Positions 7,936 through 17,300 of a stretch of DNA of 64,000 nt are shown here, piece by piece; the first letter of the stretch is position 1; each line of letters opens with the position of its first letter. A model generated the notes under the pieces. The model ran no database searches and was not told the origin of the DNA. It saw nothing but the letters and a program-made list of their open reading frames with translations. Where the stretch lies: assembly GCA_938049385.1 (NCBI GenBank), contig CALIBQ010000038.1, positions 33,974 to 97,973 on the forward strand, given 5' to 3'. This DNA comes from an uncultured Anaerolineae bacterium (GTDB lineage: Bacteria; Chloroflexota; Anaerolineae; JACIWP01). The position numbers and the translations under genes were made by a program.

Positions 7936-10113
7936 ATGGTTGGCTCAACCAAGCTGATTGATGTGGAACAGTTGATATCGCAGTTGGATGATAAGAGCGG
8001 CGTCGGTGCCCAGCTCGTACGCCGCGCCTACGAGCGCGCCCTGCAGGCCCACGCCGGCCAGGCTCGCGCCTCCGGCGAATCCTATATCCAGCACCCGCTG
8101 GCCGTCGCCAGCATCCTCGCAGACCTGCGCTTGGACCCGGCCACCATTGCCGCGGCTCTGCTCCATGATGTCGTGGAAGACACTACCATCACCCTGGATG
8201 ATATCCGTCAGGAGTTCGGGGAGGAGGTGGCCCGGCTGGTAGACGGGGTGACCAAGCTGGAGAACATCAACCAGCTTCGCAATATGGGCCGGCCGGACCT
8301 GGAGGAGGAGCAGGCCGAGAATCTGCGCAAAATCTTCCTGGCCATGGTGGATGATGTGCGCGTGGTGCTCATCAAGCTGGCGGACCGGCTCCATAATATG
8401 CGCACTCTCGGCGCGCTGCCGGAGCATAAGCGTCGGCGCATCGCCAAAGAGACGTTGGAGATTTATGCTCCACTGGCCAACCGGCTGGGTATCTGGCAGA
8501 TCAAGTGGGAGCTGGAGGACCTATCGTTCCGCTATCTGGAGCCGGCCACGTACAAGCGCATCGCCAGCCTGATTGACGAGCGGCGCGAGGACCGCATGCG
8601 CGCCTTGGAGCAGATCACCGAGGTACTGCGCCAGCGGCTGAAGGAAGCCGGCATCGAGGCGGAGGTGTCCAGCCGGCCGAAGCATATCTACAGCATCTAC
8701 CGCAAGATGCAGAGAAAGGGCGTGGACTTCGACCAGATTTATGACGTGCGCGCGGTGCGCATCATCGTCAATACCATTGCTGAGTGTTACGCCGCGCTGG
8801 GCATCGTCCATTCGCTCTGGAAGCCCATCCCGCGCGAGTTCGACGACTTCATCGCCACGCCGAAGGACAACATGTACCGCTCCCTCCACACGGCGGTGCT
8901 GGGGCCGGACGGCAAGCCCCTGGAAGTGCAGATTCGCACCTGGGAGATGCACCGCACGGCGGAATACGGCATTGCGGCCCATTGGCGCTACAAGGAACAG
9001 CTCACCAAGCGCGATGTGGATTTTGAGAACAAGATCGCCTGGCTGCGCCAGATTATGGAGTGGCGCAAGGAGGTCACGGACGCCCGGGAGTTTATGGACT
9101 CACTCAAGACCGATGTCTTCCAAGACAGGGTCTATGTGTTCACGCCGCAGGGCGATGTGATTGACTTGCCGGCCGGCGCGACACCGGTGGACTTCGCCTA
9201 TCATGTGCACACCGAGATCGGCCACCGCTGTCGGGGGGCACGCGTCAACGGCCGCATCGTCAGCCTGGATTACCAGCTCCAGAACGGCGACCAGGTCGAG
9301 ATCATCACCGCCAAGCGGGGAGGCCCCAGCCGAGACTGGCTCAACCCGCAGTTGAACTACGTCAAGACCTCCCGGGCGCGCAACAAGATTCGGCAGTGGT
9401 TCCGCCGGCTGGATCGCGAGCAGAACATCCAGCTCGGCCGGGAAATTCTGGAACGGGAGCTGAAGCGGCTCAACGCCGAGGATGCCAACATTGATGAGCT
9501 GGCGGTCAGCTTCGGCTATGAGAAAGCGGATGACTTCCTGGCGGCTATCGGTTACGGGGATATCAACAGCCAGCAGATCGCTACCAAGGTGCTGGCCGGC
9601 GAGCGGCTTCGGGCCCAGCAAGAGGAAAAACTTGCGGCGCTGAGCGAGATGAAGCCAGCGCCGGCCGCCGGCGATGTCAGCGTCATGGGCACCAGCGGAC
9701 TGCTCACCAAGCTGGCCGGCTGCTGCAATCCCCTGCCCGGCGACCCCATCGTGGGCTACGTCACCCGCGGCAAGGGTGTGACCATCCATCGCCAGGACTG
9801 CCCGAACGTCCTGCGCCTCCGGGACAAAGAGCGGCTGATCGCCGTGGATTGGGGGAGCGCCGAGGATCAGGCCTATCCGGTGATGATTGTGGTCAAGGCG
9901 TTCAACCGCGGTGGCCTTCTGCGGGATATCGCCGCGCTGGTGGCGGACGAGGGCATTGACATGAGCTCCGCCCACGCCATCACGGGCGAGAAGGGGAATA
10001 TCGCCACCATCACCGCCACCCTGGAGATCACCAGTGTCGCCCAGCTCAGCCGGGTGCTGGCCATGATTGAGCGCATCCCCAATGTGATCGAGGCCCGCCG
10101 GCTGGTGGGCTAG
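7936..10113 (+). CDS. rel: bifunctional (p)ppGpp synthetase/hydrolase RelA/SpoT homologue
   Basis: 725 aa; HD hydrolase motif (HPLAVASILADL...HDVVEDT), RelA_SpoT synthetase domain (YRSLHTAVLGPDGKPLEVQIRT), TGS and C-terminal ACT domains. Confidence 0.95.
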   Translation: MVGSTKLIDVEQLISQLDDKSGVGAQLVRRAYERALQAHAGQARASGESYIQHPLAVASILADLRLDPATIAAALLHDVVEDTTITLDDIRQEFGEEVARLVDGVTKLENINQLRNMGRPDLEEEQAENLRKIFLAMVDDVRVVLIKLADRLHNMRTLGALPEHKRRRIAKETLEIYAPLANRLGIWQIKWELEDLSFRYLEPATYKRIASLIDERREDRMRALEQITEVLRQRLKEAGIEAEVSSRPKHIYSIYRKMQRKGVDFDQIYDVRAVRIIVNTIAECYAALGIVHSLWKPIPREFDDFIATPKDNMYRSLHTAVLGPDGKPLEVQIRTWEMHRTAEYGIAAHWRYKEQLTKRDVDFENKIAWLRQIMEWRKEVTDAREFMDSLKTDVFQDRVYVFTPQGDVIDLPAGATPVDFAYHVHTEIGHRCRGARVNGRIVSLDYQLQNGDQVEIITAKRGGPSRDWLNPQLNYVKTSRARNKIRQWFRRLDREQNIQLGREILERELKRLNAEDANIDELAVSFGYEKADDFLAAIGYGDINSQQIATKVLAGERLRAQQEEKLAALSEMKPAPAAGDVSVMGTSGLLTKLAGCCNPLPGDPIVGYVTRGKGVTIHRQDCPNVLRLRDKERLIAVDWGSAEDQAYPVMIVVKAFNRGGLLRDIAALVADEGIDMSSAHAITGEKGNIATITATLEITSVAQLSRVLAMIERIPNVIEARRLVG

Positions 10114-10124
10114 CGTGGGAAAGT

Positions 10125-10156
10125 AAAACGGCGGGAGGAAGTTCCTCCCGCCGTTT
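10125..10156. terminator. bidirectional hairpin terminator AAAACGGCGGGAGG-AAGTT-CCTCCCGCCGTTT between rel and PPIase gene
   Basis: perfect 10-bp stem flanked by A-run and T-run, read directly. Confidence 0.65.
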
Positions 10157-10164
10157 GGCGTCTC

Positions 10165-11337
10165 TCAGCTCCCCAAGAATGCCGGCGTGGGGGTGGCCGG
10201 CACCTTGTCCGGCGACCAGTTGCGCTGGATATCCGCTTTCTGCATGGCCTGCTGGAGCCAATCGTTGAAAGCCTGCTGTTTCATCTGGTTGAGCACGGCG
10301 CTGTCATACGGCCGATCCATCTCGTGCGCATCCACGCGGATGATGTGATACCCGAACTGGGTCTTGACTGGCTCGCTGATCTGGCCCACTTCCAGCGCGA
10401 ACGCGGCGTCCTCAAATTCCTTCACCATCTGCCCGCGAGGGAACCAACCGAGATCGCCGCCGATAGATTTCGTGGCGGTGTCCTGGGAGAACTCCTGGGC
10501 GAGGTTGCCGAAATCCTCGCCGGCTTTCAACCGCTCCAGCACCTGTTTCGCTGTCTCTTCATCCGCAACCAAAATGTGCCGGGCGCGCACCTGCTCCCCA
10601 GAAGTGGGGACACGGCTTTCGATAAGTTCCTGCAGTTTCTCGCGGTAGAGCAGGCCGCGAATCACCTCGCGATACTCCGCTTCGGTCATGCCGCTGACGC
10701 GCTTCAGGTTTTCCAGATAGAGCGAGTAGAGGCGGTCGAATTCCTCACGCGTCATGACGGTGGGCGTGGGGGCCGGCGTCACCGCTGCGCCCGGCGTCGG
10801 TGAGGGTTCCGGGGTAGGGGTAGGTGGGTTGGGATTGTAGCCGAACAGCTCTTCAATCCGCTTCTGGACCTCCTCATCCGTCACGACAATGCCCTCATCG
10901 CGAGCGCCCTGACGGATGATGCGGTCCTGGATCAGGTCTTCCAGCACGGAGTTGGGCAAATCCGCGAGCTGGGCCTGTGCCTGGGTGATGAGCTGGTCGT
11001 AAAAACTGATAATGCTGGCCATGCTGGAATCGTTGGGGTCCAGCCGCGCCTTTTCCGTCTCCAGGTTGCGCAGGTACTCGTTCAGGTTGTTGAGCTGGTA
11101 CAGGTACATCTTCTGGTATTCGGTGGTGGAGATGCGCTCGCCGTTCACCACCGCGATGGGCGCAGAGGGCTTATAGACGTACTCGTAAATGATGCCGGCG
11201 ATAATAATGCCGGCGACGATGATGGCACCGATGATAACGCCCAGGAGCACATTCTTGCGCGCCTGCTGGTCACGGTAGCGCAGTCGCTCCTGTTTTTTCG
11301 TCAAGGTCATATCCTGTTTTCTGGGTTTCTTCGCCAT
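10165..11337 (-). CDS. membrane-anchored SurA/PrsA-like parvulin-type peptidyl-prolyl cis-trans isomerase
   Basis: ORF 10165..11370; start at MAKKPRKQ (ATG 11337); N-terminal TM helix; parvulin PPIase domain (RARHILVADEETAKQVLERLKAGEDFGNLAQEFSQD...GGDLGWFPRGQMVKEFEDAAF...GYHIIRV); Pro/Thr-rich linker. Confidence 0.8.
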   Translation of the reverse strand: MAKKPRKQDMTLTKKQERLRYRDQQARKNVLLGVIIGAIIVAGIIIAGIIYEYVYKPSAPIAVVNGERISTTEYQKMYLYQLNNLNEYLRNLETEKARLDPNDSSMASIISFYDQLITQAQAQLADLPNSVLEDLIQDRIIRQGARDEGIVVTDEEVQKRIEELFGYNPNPPTPTPEPSPTPGAAVTPAPTPTVMTREEFDRLYSLYLENLKRVSGMTEAEYREVIRGLLYREKLQELIESRVPTSGEQVRARHILVADEETAKQVLERLKAGEDFGNLAQEFSQDTATKSIGGDLGWFPRGQMVKEFEDAAFALEVGQISEPVKTQFGYHIIRVDAHEMDRPYDSAVLNQMKQQAFNDWLQQAMQKADIQRNWSPDKVPATPTPAFLGS

Positions 11338-11368
11338 ATCAACCTCGATGAATATGCCGGCATGGAGC

Positions 11369-11400
11369 AAGGCCTCCCGCGGCGCACTGCGGGAGGCCTT
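11369..11400 (-). terminator. hairpin terminator of rpsF-ssb-rpsR operon (AAGGCCTCCCGC-GGCGCACT-GCGGGAGGCCTT)
   Basis: perfect 12-bp stem 13 nt downstream of rpsR stop, read directly. Confidence 0.55.
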
Positions 11401-11412
11401 GAGGTTCAGGAA

Positions 11413-11796
11413 TTACGAACGCATGTGTTCGTCGGTGAAGGGCAGGAGCGCCAGGTGGCGGGCGCGCTTGATGGCGACGGCCAGGCGGCGCTGGTGTTTA
11501 GCGCAGGTGCCGGTTTTGCGCCGGCTCAGAATCTTGGCGCGGTCGGAGATGAAGCGGTACAGCAGGTCCACATTCTTATAATCAATGTAGTCCATGTGCT
11601 CGGCGCAGAAGAGGCACACTTTACGCCGGCTGGTGAAGCGCCGGCGGGGGCGCGCCTCGCGCTGGCGCGGCTCTGGTGCTTCTTCCACCTCTTCCTCTTC
11701 ATCCACGATGTCCAGGTCTTCTACTTCCTGGGCTCTCGGCTTATCCACGGCGGGTTTGGCGCCAGGACGTGCGGTTCTCTCGCGTTCTTCTGCCAA
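11413..11796 (-). CDS. rpsR: 30S ribosomal protein S18 with ~45-aa acidic N-terminal extension
   Basis: C-terminal 80 aa match S18 ([70 protein letters not shown]); N-terminal region Glu/Asp/Arg-rich. Confidence 0.85.
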   Translation of the reverse strand: MAEERERTARPGAKPAVDKPRAQEVEDLDIVDEEEEVEEAPEPRQREARPRRRFTSRRKVCLFCAEHMDYIDYKNVDLLYRFISDRAKILSRRKTGTCAKHQRRLAVAIKRARHLALLPFTDEHMRS

Positions 11797-11835
11797 GGTT
11801 ATCCCTCCTTTACTTGCAAAGGGTGATTTGGTGTG

Positions 11836-12543
11836 TTATGGGTGTTCGTCCAGCACCACCATTTCCCGGGCGACCAGTTCGGTGCGCCAGTGGAGCTGGT
11901 CCAACTGATTTTTCCAGGCGTAGGTATGGAGGTACCCCTCTACATACACTCGCCGACCTCGGGACAGCCACTGCCGGCATATTTCCGCCAGACTGCCCCA
12001 TGTCACCACATGAAACCATTCTGTGGTCTCACAGCGCTTGCCATCCGACGTGACCCAACTTTGTGACGCCGCCAGGCTGAAGCTTGCCCGCAGTTTCCCC
12101 GATGCAGAGGCGCGCACCTCCGGTTCGGTCTCCACCTGCCCAATGACCATCACCTTGTTGATGTGCTGGGGAAACAGGCCCGATGGGTCCTCGACCTCTT
12201 GAGGAGACTCGATAGCGGCGAAGGGTATCACCTCTGAGAGCACCAGTTCCGTGCGCACGCGCCGCAGGTGGTCCTGGCCGACCCATGTACGGGTTTGCAG
12301 GTGGCCTTCAACATACACGCGGTTGCCCTTTCTCAGCCACTGCTTACAGCGCTCCGCCTTGGTGCCCCAGGCGATGACATTGAACCATTCTTCGGCCTGC
12401 TGTGGGGTGCCGTCGGCGGTGAGCCACTGCCGGCGCGTGACCAGGCTGAACGCGGCCACGGCTTTGCCCTCCGGCGTGTAGCGAAGCTCTGGGTCCCGTC
12501 CCAGGTCGCCCACCACGATGACCTTGTTCAATCCTCGCGCCAC
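11836..12543 (-). CDS. ssb: single-stranded DNA-binding protein with two tandem OB folds
   Basis: 235 aa; two SSB OB repeats (KVIVVGDLGRDPELRYTPEGKAVAAFSLVTRRQW...EWFNVIAWGTKAE and KVMVIGQVETEPEVRASASGKLRASFSLAASQSW...EWFHVVTWGSLAE); located between rpsF and rpsR as in many bacteria. Confidence 0.85.
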   Translation of the reverse strand: MARGLNKVIVVGDLGRDPELRYTPEGKAVAAFSLVTRRQWLTADGTPQQAEEWFNVIAWGTKAERCKQWLRKGNRVYVEGHLQTRTWVGQDHLRRVRTELVLSEVIPFAAIESPQEVEDPSGLFPQHINKVMVIGQVETEPEVRASASGKLRASFSLAASQSWVTSDGKRCETTEWFHVVTWGSLAEICRQWLSRGRRVYVEGYLHTYAWKNQLDQLHWRTELVAREMVVLDEHP

Positions 12544-12600
12544 GGCTTTCTCCTCAGGAACACGGGGAACTGCCCAGCGGTCCGTCGAGGGGCCTCACCT

Positions 12601-12891
12601 CTACTCTTCGTCCATGCGCACGATGAGGTGACGGATGACGTTTTCCGAGATGAGCAGGTCGCGGTCGAGCTGTTTCACAGCTTCAGCGGGCATCTGCATC
12701 TGGACGACGACGTAGTGGCCTTCGCGGAACTTCTTGATGGGGTAGGCTAGTTTGCGCTTGCCCCAGACCGACAGCTTGGTCACTTCACCGCCGTAGCCGG
12801 CGATGCGCTTGGTGACTGTGTCGATCTGCGTCTGCACTTTCTCGTCGTCCGGCTGTGGGGCGACAATGAACACCAGCTCATAGGGTCGCAT
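12601..12891 (-). CDS. rpsF: 30S ribosomal protein S6
   Basis: ORF 12601..12933; start at MRPYELVFIV (ATG 12891); S6 signature YGGEVTKLSVWGKRKLAYPI. Confidence 0.9.
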   Translation of the reverse strand: MRPYELVFIVAPQPDDEKVQTQIDTVTKRIAGYGGEVTKLSVWGKRKLAYPIKKFREGHYVVVQMQMPAEAVKQLDRDLLISENVIRHLIVRMDEE

Positions 12892-13004
12892 TCCGTCTCG
12901 CTTCCTCCTTTCTTTGGGTTTGCCTCCGGTCAAATCGCGTCGGGCGACGGCCAGAGGCAGAAAGAACGAGGGAGTCCCGTTCCGCTCCCTCGTCGAGACA
13001 AGCG

Positions 13005-13034
13005 ATTTATACCATAAAGTGTCGAGATTGGCAA
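13005..13034 (-). promoter_or_regulatory. sigma70-type promoter candidate for rpsF operon (TTGCCA-N17-TATAAA on minus strand)
   Basis: reverse complement reads TTGCCAatctcgacactttatggTATAAA; leader of ~110 nt follows with a GC hairpin at 12966-12992. Confidence 0.45.
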
Positions 13035-13046
13035 AAATATCGCGCG

Positions 13047-13220
13047 AGAGTGTTGAAAAAGTCCAAACATATAATCTTGTGGAAGCGATCTAGCGGCTGA
13101 AGCCACGGCAACAACTGCGAAGCCTGCGCAGGCTTCGCGACGTCGGCCGACTTCGCAGGCACACAGCCGTAGTTTCAACTGCTAGGCGATGAGCCAATAC
13201 CCGCTTTTTCAACACTCTCT
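13047..13220. repeat. MITE-like repeat, full copy with perfect 16-bp terminal inverted repeats (GAGAGTGTTGAAAAAG ... CTTTTTCAACACTCTC)
   Basis: TIRs read directly at 13047-13062 and 13205-13220; internal core GTCCAAACAT...GCGGCTGAAGCCACGGCAACAACTGCGAAGCCTGCGCAGGCTTCGCGACGTCGGCCGACTTCGCAGGCACACAGCCGTAGTTTCAACTGCTAGGCGATGAGCCAATAC shared with five other intergenic loci. Confidence 0.75.
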
Positions 13221-13236
13221 TGCCAGGGTAACGGGA

Positions 13237-14334
13237 TCAGACGGCAAAGCGAATGTGGATGACATCGCCGTCCTGGACGATGTAGTCCCGCCCTTCCATG
13301 CGGACCAGGCCGGCGGCGCGGGCTTCCTGCCAGGAGCCGGCCTCCACCAGTTTGTCCCAGGGGATGACGTCCGCACGGATAAAGCCGCGCTGCATGTCGG
13401 TGTGAATCTTGCCGGCGGCGTCCCAGACCGTCAGGCCGGCGCGCAGGGGCCAAGCACGCACCTCTTCCGTGCCGGTGGCGGTGAAAAAGGTGATGAGGTT
13501 CAGCAGGCGGAAGCCGGCCCAGGCGAGCTGATGCAGTCCAGAGCGCTCCAGTCCCATCGCCTGGCGGAATTCCTCCGCTTCCGCCGGCTCCATCTGGGCC
13601 AGCTCCGCTTCCAGCTCCGCGCAAATCACCACCACCGGGATGTTTTCCATCTCGGCGCGCTGGCGCACCCGCTCGGCCAACAGGCCGCCGTCCGGCAGGG
13701 AATCCTCCCCCACGTTGGCGATCCAGAGCTGAGGCTTGGCGCTCAGCAGGAACAGCTCTTGGAGCCAAGCGCTTTCCTGTTCGCCGCAGTGGAAGCGGTC
13801 GGCGCGCTGGCCGGCGTTCAGATGTTCCCGCAGGGCCTGCAGGAAGGCGAGCTGAGGCGCGTAGGCTTTGGGGTCGGCCTTGGCCGCCGAGCGCACCCGT
13901 TCGATGCGGCGGTCTACGCTCTGGATATCCGCCAGGATGAGTTCAGCATTGACCGTTCCCATGTCCAGCAGGGGGTCAATCTCGCCGAACTGGTGCGGGA
14001 TGTCCGGGTCCTCGAAACAGCGCAGGACAAGGGCGATGGCATCTACGTTGCGGATGTGGCCCAGGAACTGGTTGCCCAGGCCCTCGCCGCGCGAGGCGCC
14101 TTTGACCAGGCCGGCGATGTCCACGAACTCGATGGCGGCCGGCACAACGCGTTTGGGGCGTACCACGCCGGCGACGCGCTGGAGCCGCTCATCCGGCACC
14201 TCGGCGACACCCACGTTGGGGTCAATGGTCGTGAAGGGATAGCTGGCGACAGCGGCCTGGGCGCGCGTTAAGGCGTTGAAAAGGGTGGATTTGCCCACGT
14301 TCGGGAGGCCAACAATGCCAATTTGGAGCGACAC
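13237..14334 (-). CDS. ychF: ribosome-binding ATPase YchF (Obg-family)
   Basis: 365 aa; G1 motif GIVGLPNVGKSTLFNALT, G4 region, C-terminal TGS domain (RAWPLRAGLTVWDAAGKIHTDMQRGFIRADVI). Confidence 0.9.
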   Translation of the reverse strand: MSLQIGIVGLPNVGKSTLFNALTRAQAAVASYPFTTIDPNVGVAEVPDERLQRVAGVVRPKRVVPAAIEFVDIAGLVKGASRGEGLGNQFLGHIRNVDAIALVLRCFEDPDIPHQFGEIDPLLDMGTVNAELILADIQSVDRRIERVRSAAKADPKAYAPQLAFLQALREHLNAGQRADRFHCGEQESAWLQELFLLSAKPQLWIANVGEDSLPDGGLLAERVRQRAEMENIPVVVICAELEAELAQMEPAEAEEFRQAMGLERSGLHQLAWAGFRLLNLITFFTATGTEEVRAWPLRAGLTVWDAAGKIHTDMQRGFIRADVIPWDKLVEAGSWQEARAAGLVRMEGRDYIVQDGDVIHIRFAV

Positions 14335-14378
14335 GGTCTCTGTATCCTTTCGAAAGGATTGCTGGGATGTGGGGTTGG

Positions 14379-17300
14379 TTAACGGGATGGCCGGCCGGCT
14401 GGCCGCGGCGGGCCGGCGGGATGGCTGGCCGGCGGCGATGGCTCCCGGGCCGGCGGAACAGCCCCACTAGGACGCAGGAACGTGGTCTCTTCGAGCACAT
14501 CGGCCAGCCGGCGGTCCTTGGGGATGGCCAAGTAGAAGATACTGCCAACGCCGACCTCGCTCTCGACCCACACCTGCCCGCCGTGCTGTTCCGCCACTTC
14601 CTTGACCAGGGCGAGGCCCAGGCCGGTGCCGTGGATATGCAGGGTCTCGCGCCGGCGCACGCGGTAGAATTTCTCGAAGATGCGCCGGCGGTCGGCCTGC
14701 GAAATGCCGATGCCTGAGTCAGCTATCTTGACCACCACCGCGGAGGCCAGCTCCTGCACGGAGACCTTCACCCAGCCGGGCGCCATGGTGTACTTGATGG
14801 CGTTATCAATAAGGTTGCGGATGGCGCGCTTGAGCCGGTCCGGGTCGCCGATGACCATCGACACGTCGGCCGGCAGTTCCACCAGGAAGCTCAGCCCTTT
14901 GCCCTCGGCGTAGGTGCGCATGTTCTCGGCGACCTCGCTCACCAGGTTGACGAGCTGGACCGGCGTCATGGTCATGCCAATCTTATTGGAGACCTCCGCC
15001 AGTTCGGTCAGCTCGTTGATGAGCTGGGTCAGGTCGTCACTGCCCTTCAGGATTTTCTCGATGTATTCGAGCTGGCGCTCGCTCACCGCTTCATCGCGCA
15101 GCATGGAGGCATAGCCGCGCACGAAGGTGAGCGGGCTTTTCATGTCGTGGGCGATGGTGTGAACGAAATCGGTCTGCAGTTCGTCCAGGCGCTTCCATTC
15201 GGTGATGTCGCGCATGACCAGCACCCATCCCTGCGGGGCGGTTTTCCCGCTCAACCGGATGGGGGAGGCGCTGACGTACAGCCGGCGGCCGTCCCGCTCC
15301 AGCTCGATAGTGGTGGGGCCGCGCCCACGCGCGATGTCGGAAAGCATGCGGAAAAGGGAATCGTCACTGATGAGTTCGGGCAGGGGAGTGCCGACACGCT
15401 CCTGGAAGTTGAACTCCAGCAGTTCTTCGGCGGCCGGATTCGCCAACTGCAGACGTCCCTCGGCATCCAGCACCAGGATGGTATCCGGTGTGCTGTTCAG
15501 GATGGCGGCCAGCCGACTGCGCTCGCTCTCCACCGCATGGTAGATGCGGTTGTTCTCAATCATGATGCCGCCCAGACTGGCCAGGGCGGACAGGAAGTGC
15601 ACATCCGAGGACGAGAAGGGGCGTGCCGCCGGCCATAATGCCCACAGGGCGCCCAGGTTGCGGCCCTCGCGAAGCATGGGGAGCATGACGAAGGCGGCCA
15701 CATTGGCGCGCTCCATCAAGGCAAGGGGCACCTCGCCGTGTTCCTCGTGCACATCGCTGACGATGACTTGCCGCGCCTTACGCCAGGTCTGGCCGGCCAT
15801 CTGCTCCAGGTACAATTCCAGGTCCGCCGGCAGGTTGCCCTCGCCTTCCATAAAGCGCTTCCAGATGGCGCCGTCGGTGCCGATCAGGTACATGCCGGCG
15901 GTGTGCGCTTCCATGCCCCGGGTGACGGCGCGGAGCAGGATGCCCACGGTGTGCTCCAGATTGGCGCGGGCGGAGACGTTCTGGCTGACCTCGACCAGGC
16001 GGGCCAGTTCCTCGACGCCGGCGCCCAGCCCGATGGTCATGCGTTTGATGGCGCGCACGAGCTGGCCGATTTCATCGCCGCGCCGGTCAGCTTCGGGCAG
16101 GGGGGTGTTCAGCTCGCCGGCGGCGATGCGCGCGGCGGCCTGGGCGATTTGTCCCAGTGGATGCAGTTGGGTCTGCAATTCCCAGACCATGCCGGCGGCT
16201 AGGATGGCGAACAGACCGATCAGCAAAAAGAGCAGAGGGCGTGCCAGCCGGCCGGCGGACTGCATGATCGTGCCTTGGTCGGTCTCCATCACAAGGTGCC
16301 ATCCGAGACGGTCCATCCGCCGCCAGTAGGTGAGCTGGGGCTGACCACCAGCACCGTTCTCCGCGTATGCCTGGCCGGCCCGCACGGTAAAGCGGCGCAG
16401 AGGTTCGGCATTGGCTACCCAGGTAGAAATGTTAGGAGGAGCGCCGGCGGAAAAGAGGATACTGCCGCGATCGTCAATGAGGTACACGCGGTCGGCAGTA
16501 TCGTTCCCCTGACGCATGGACAACGCCGCCTCCACGGCCGGCTGTCGGAGGGGAAGCATCCGTCCGATGAGCACGCCGCGCACCTGCCGGTCGCGTGGGT
16601 CCAGGAGTGGGGTCGCCATGGAAATCGCCGGCTGGCCGTCGGCCCAGCGGTAGGTACGGCTCAGCGCGGTATGTCCCTGTGCGATGGCGTCCGCAAGGGC
16701 AGCGAACTCTGCTTCGTTCAACGGCGGTGTGCCAGCGCTCTCGCCCAGGGCACGCACCGCTACGATGTTGGCGGTCTGGTCCAGCAGGATGAGCGTGTGG
16801 AAAGGTGCATTCGCCAGTTCCACTGTCTCCAGCGCGCCCGCCCACTGGTTGGTGGGGATGTCGGCGAAGCGGCCGGCGGCAGTAATAGAGTCCAGGCTTT
16901 CTAGGCCGGCCTGCGCCGTGCCCTCCAGCGCGCCGGCGAGATCGCCGGCGGCGTTCTCCATCTGCCCCAGGGCCTGCTCGAATGCGATGCGGGTGCTGGC
17001 GGCGTAAAGAGCGATGATGGAGACGATCGCAGTGATTGTAAGAAGCGGCATCAGCCGGGCGCGCAGGCTGGCGGCCAGGGTGCGTTGGGGGATGATTTCC
17101 CCTGCTGACCCGAGACCCTGGCGCAGTGCGGGGGAAAGGGCGAGCAGGAGCTGTGCCAAGCCTCCCAGTACGAGCGCGCCGACACATACGGGGATGATCT
17201 GGCCGGCTGGCGGAACCGCCGGCGCCAGCAGTCCTGCCCATAGGGCGGGATTCACCAGGTAGGCGTACAGCGGAAGCGGCCAGAGGAGCACGCTGACCAG

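Noticed and set aside
13189-14271. 360-aa plus-strand ORF opposite ychF
   Set aside because: Antisense to ychF, no domains, high Gly/Ala/Arg content
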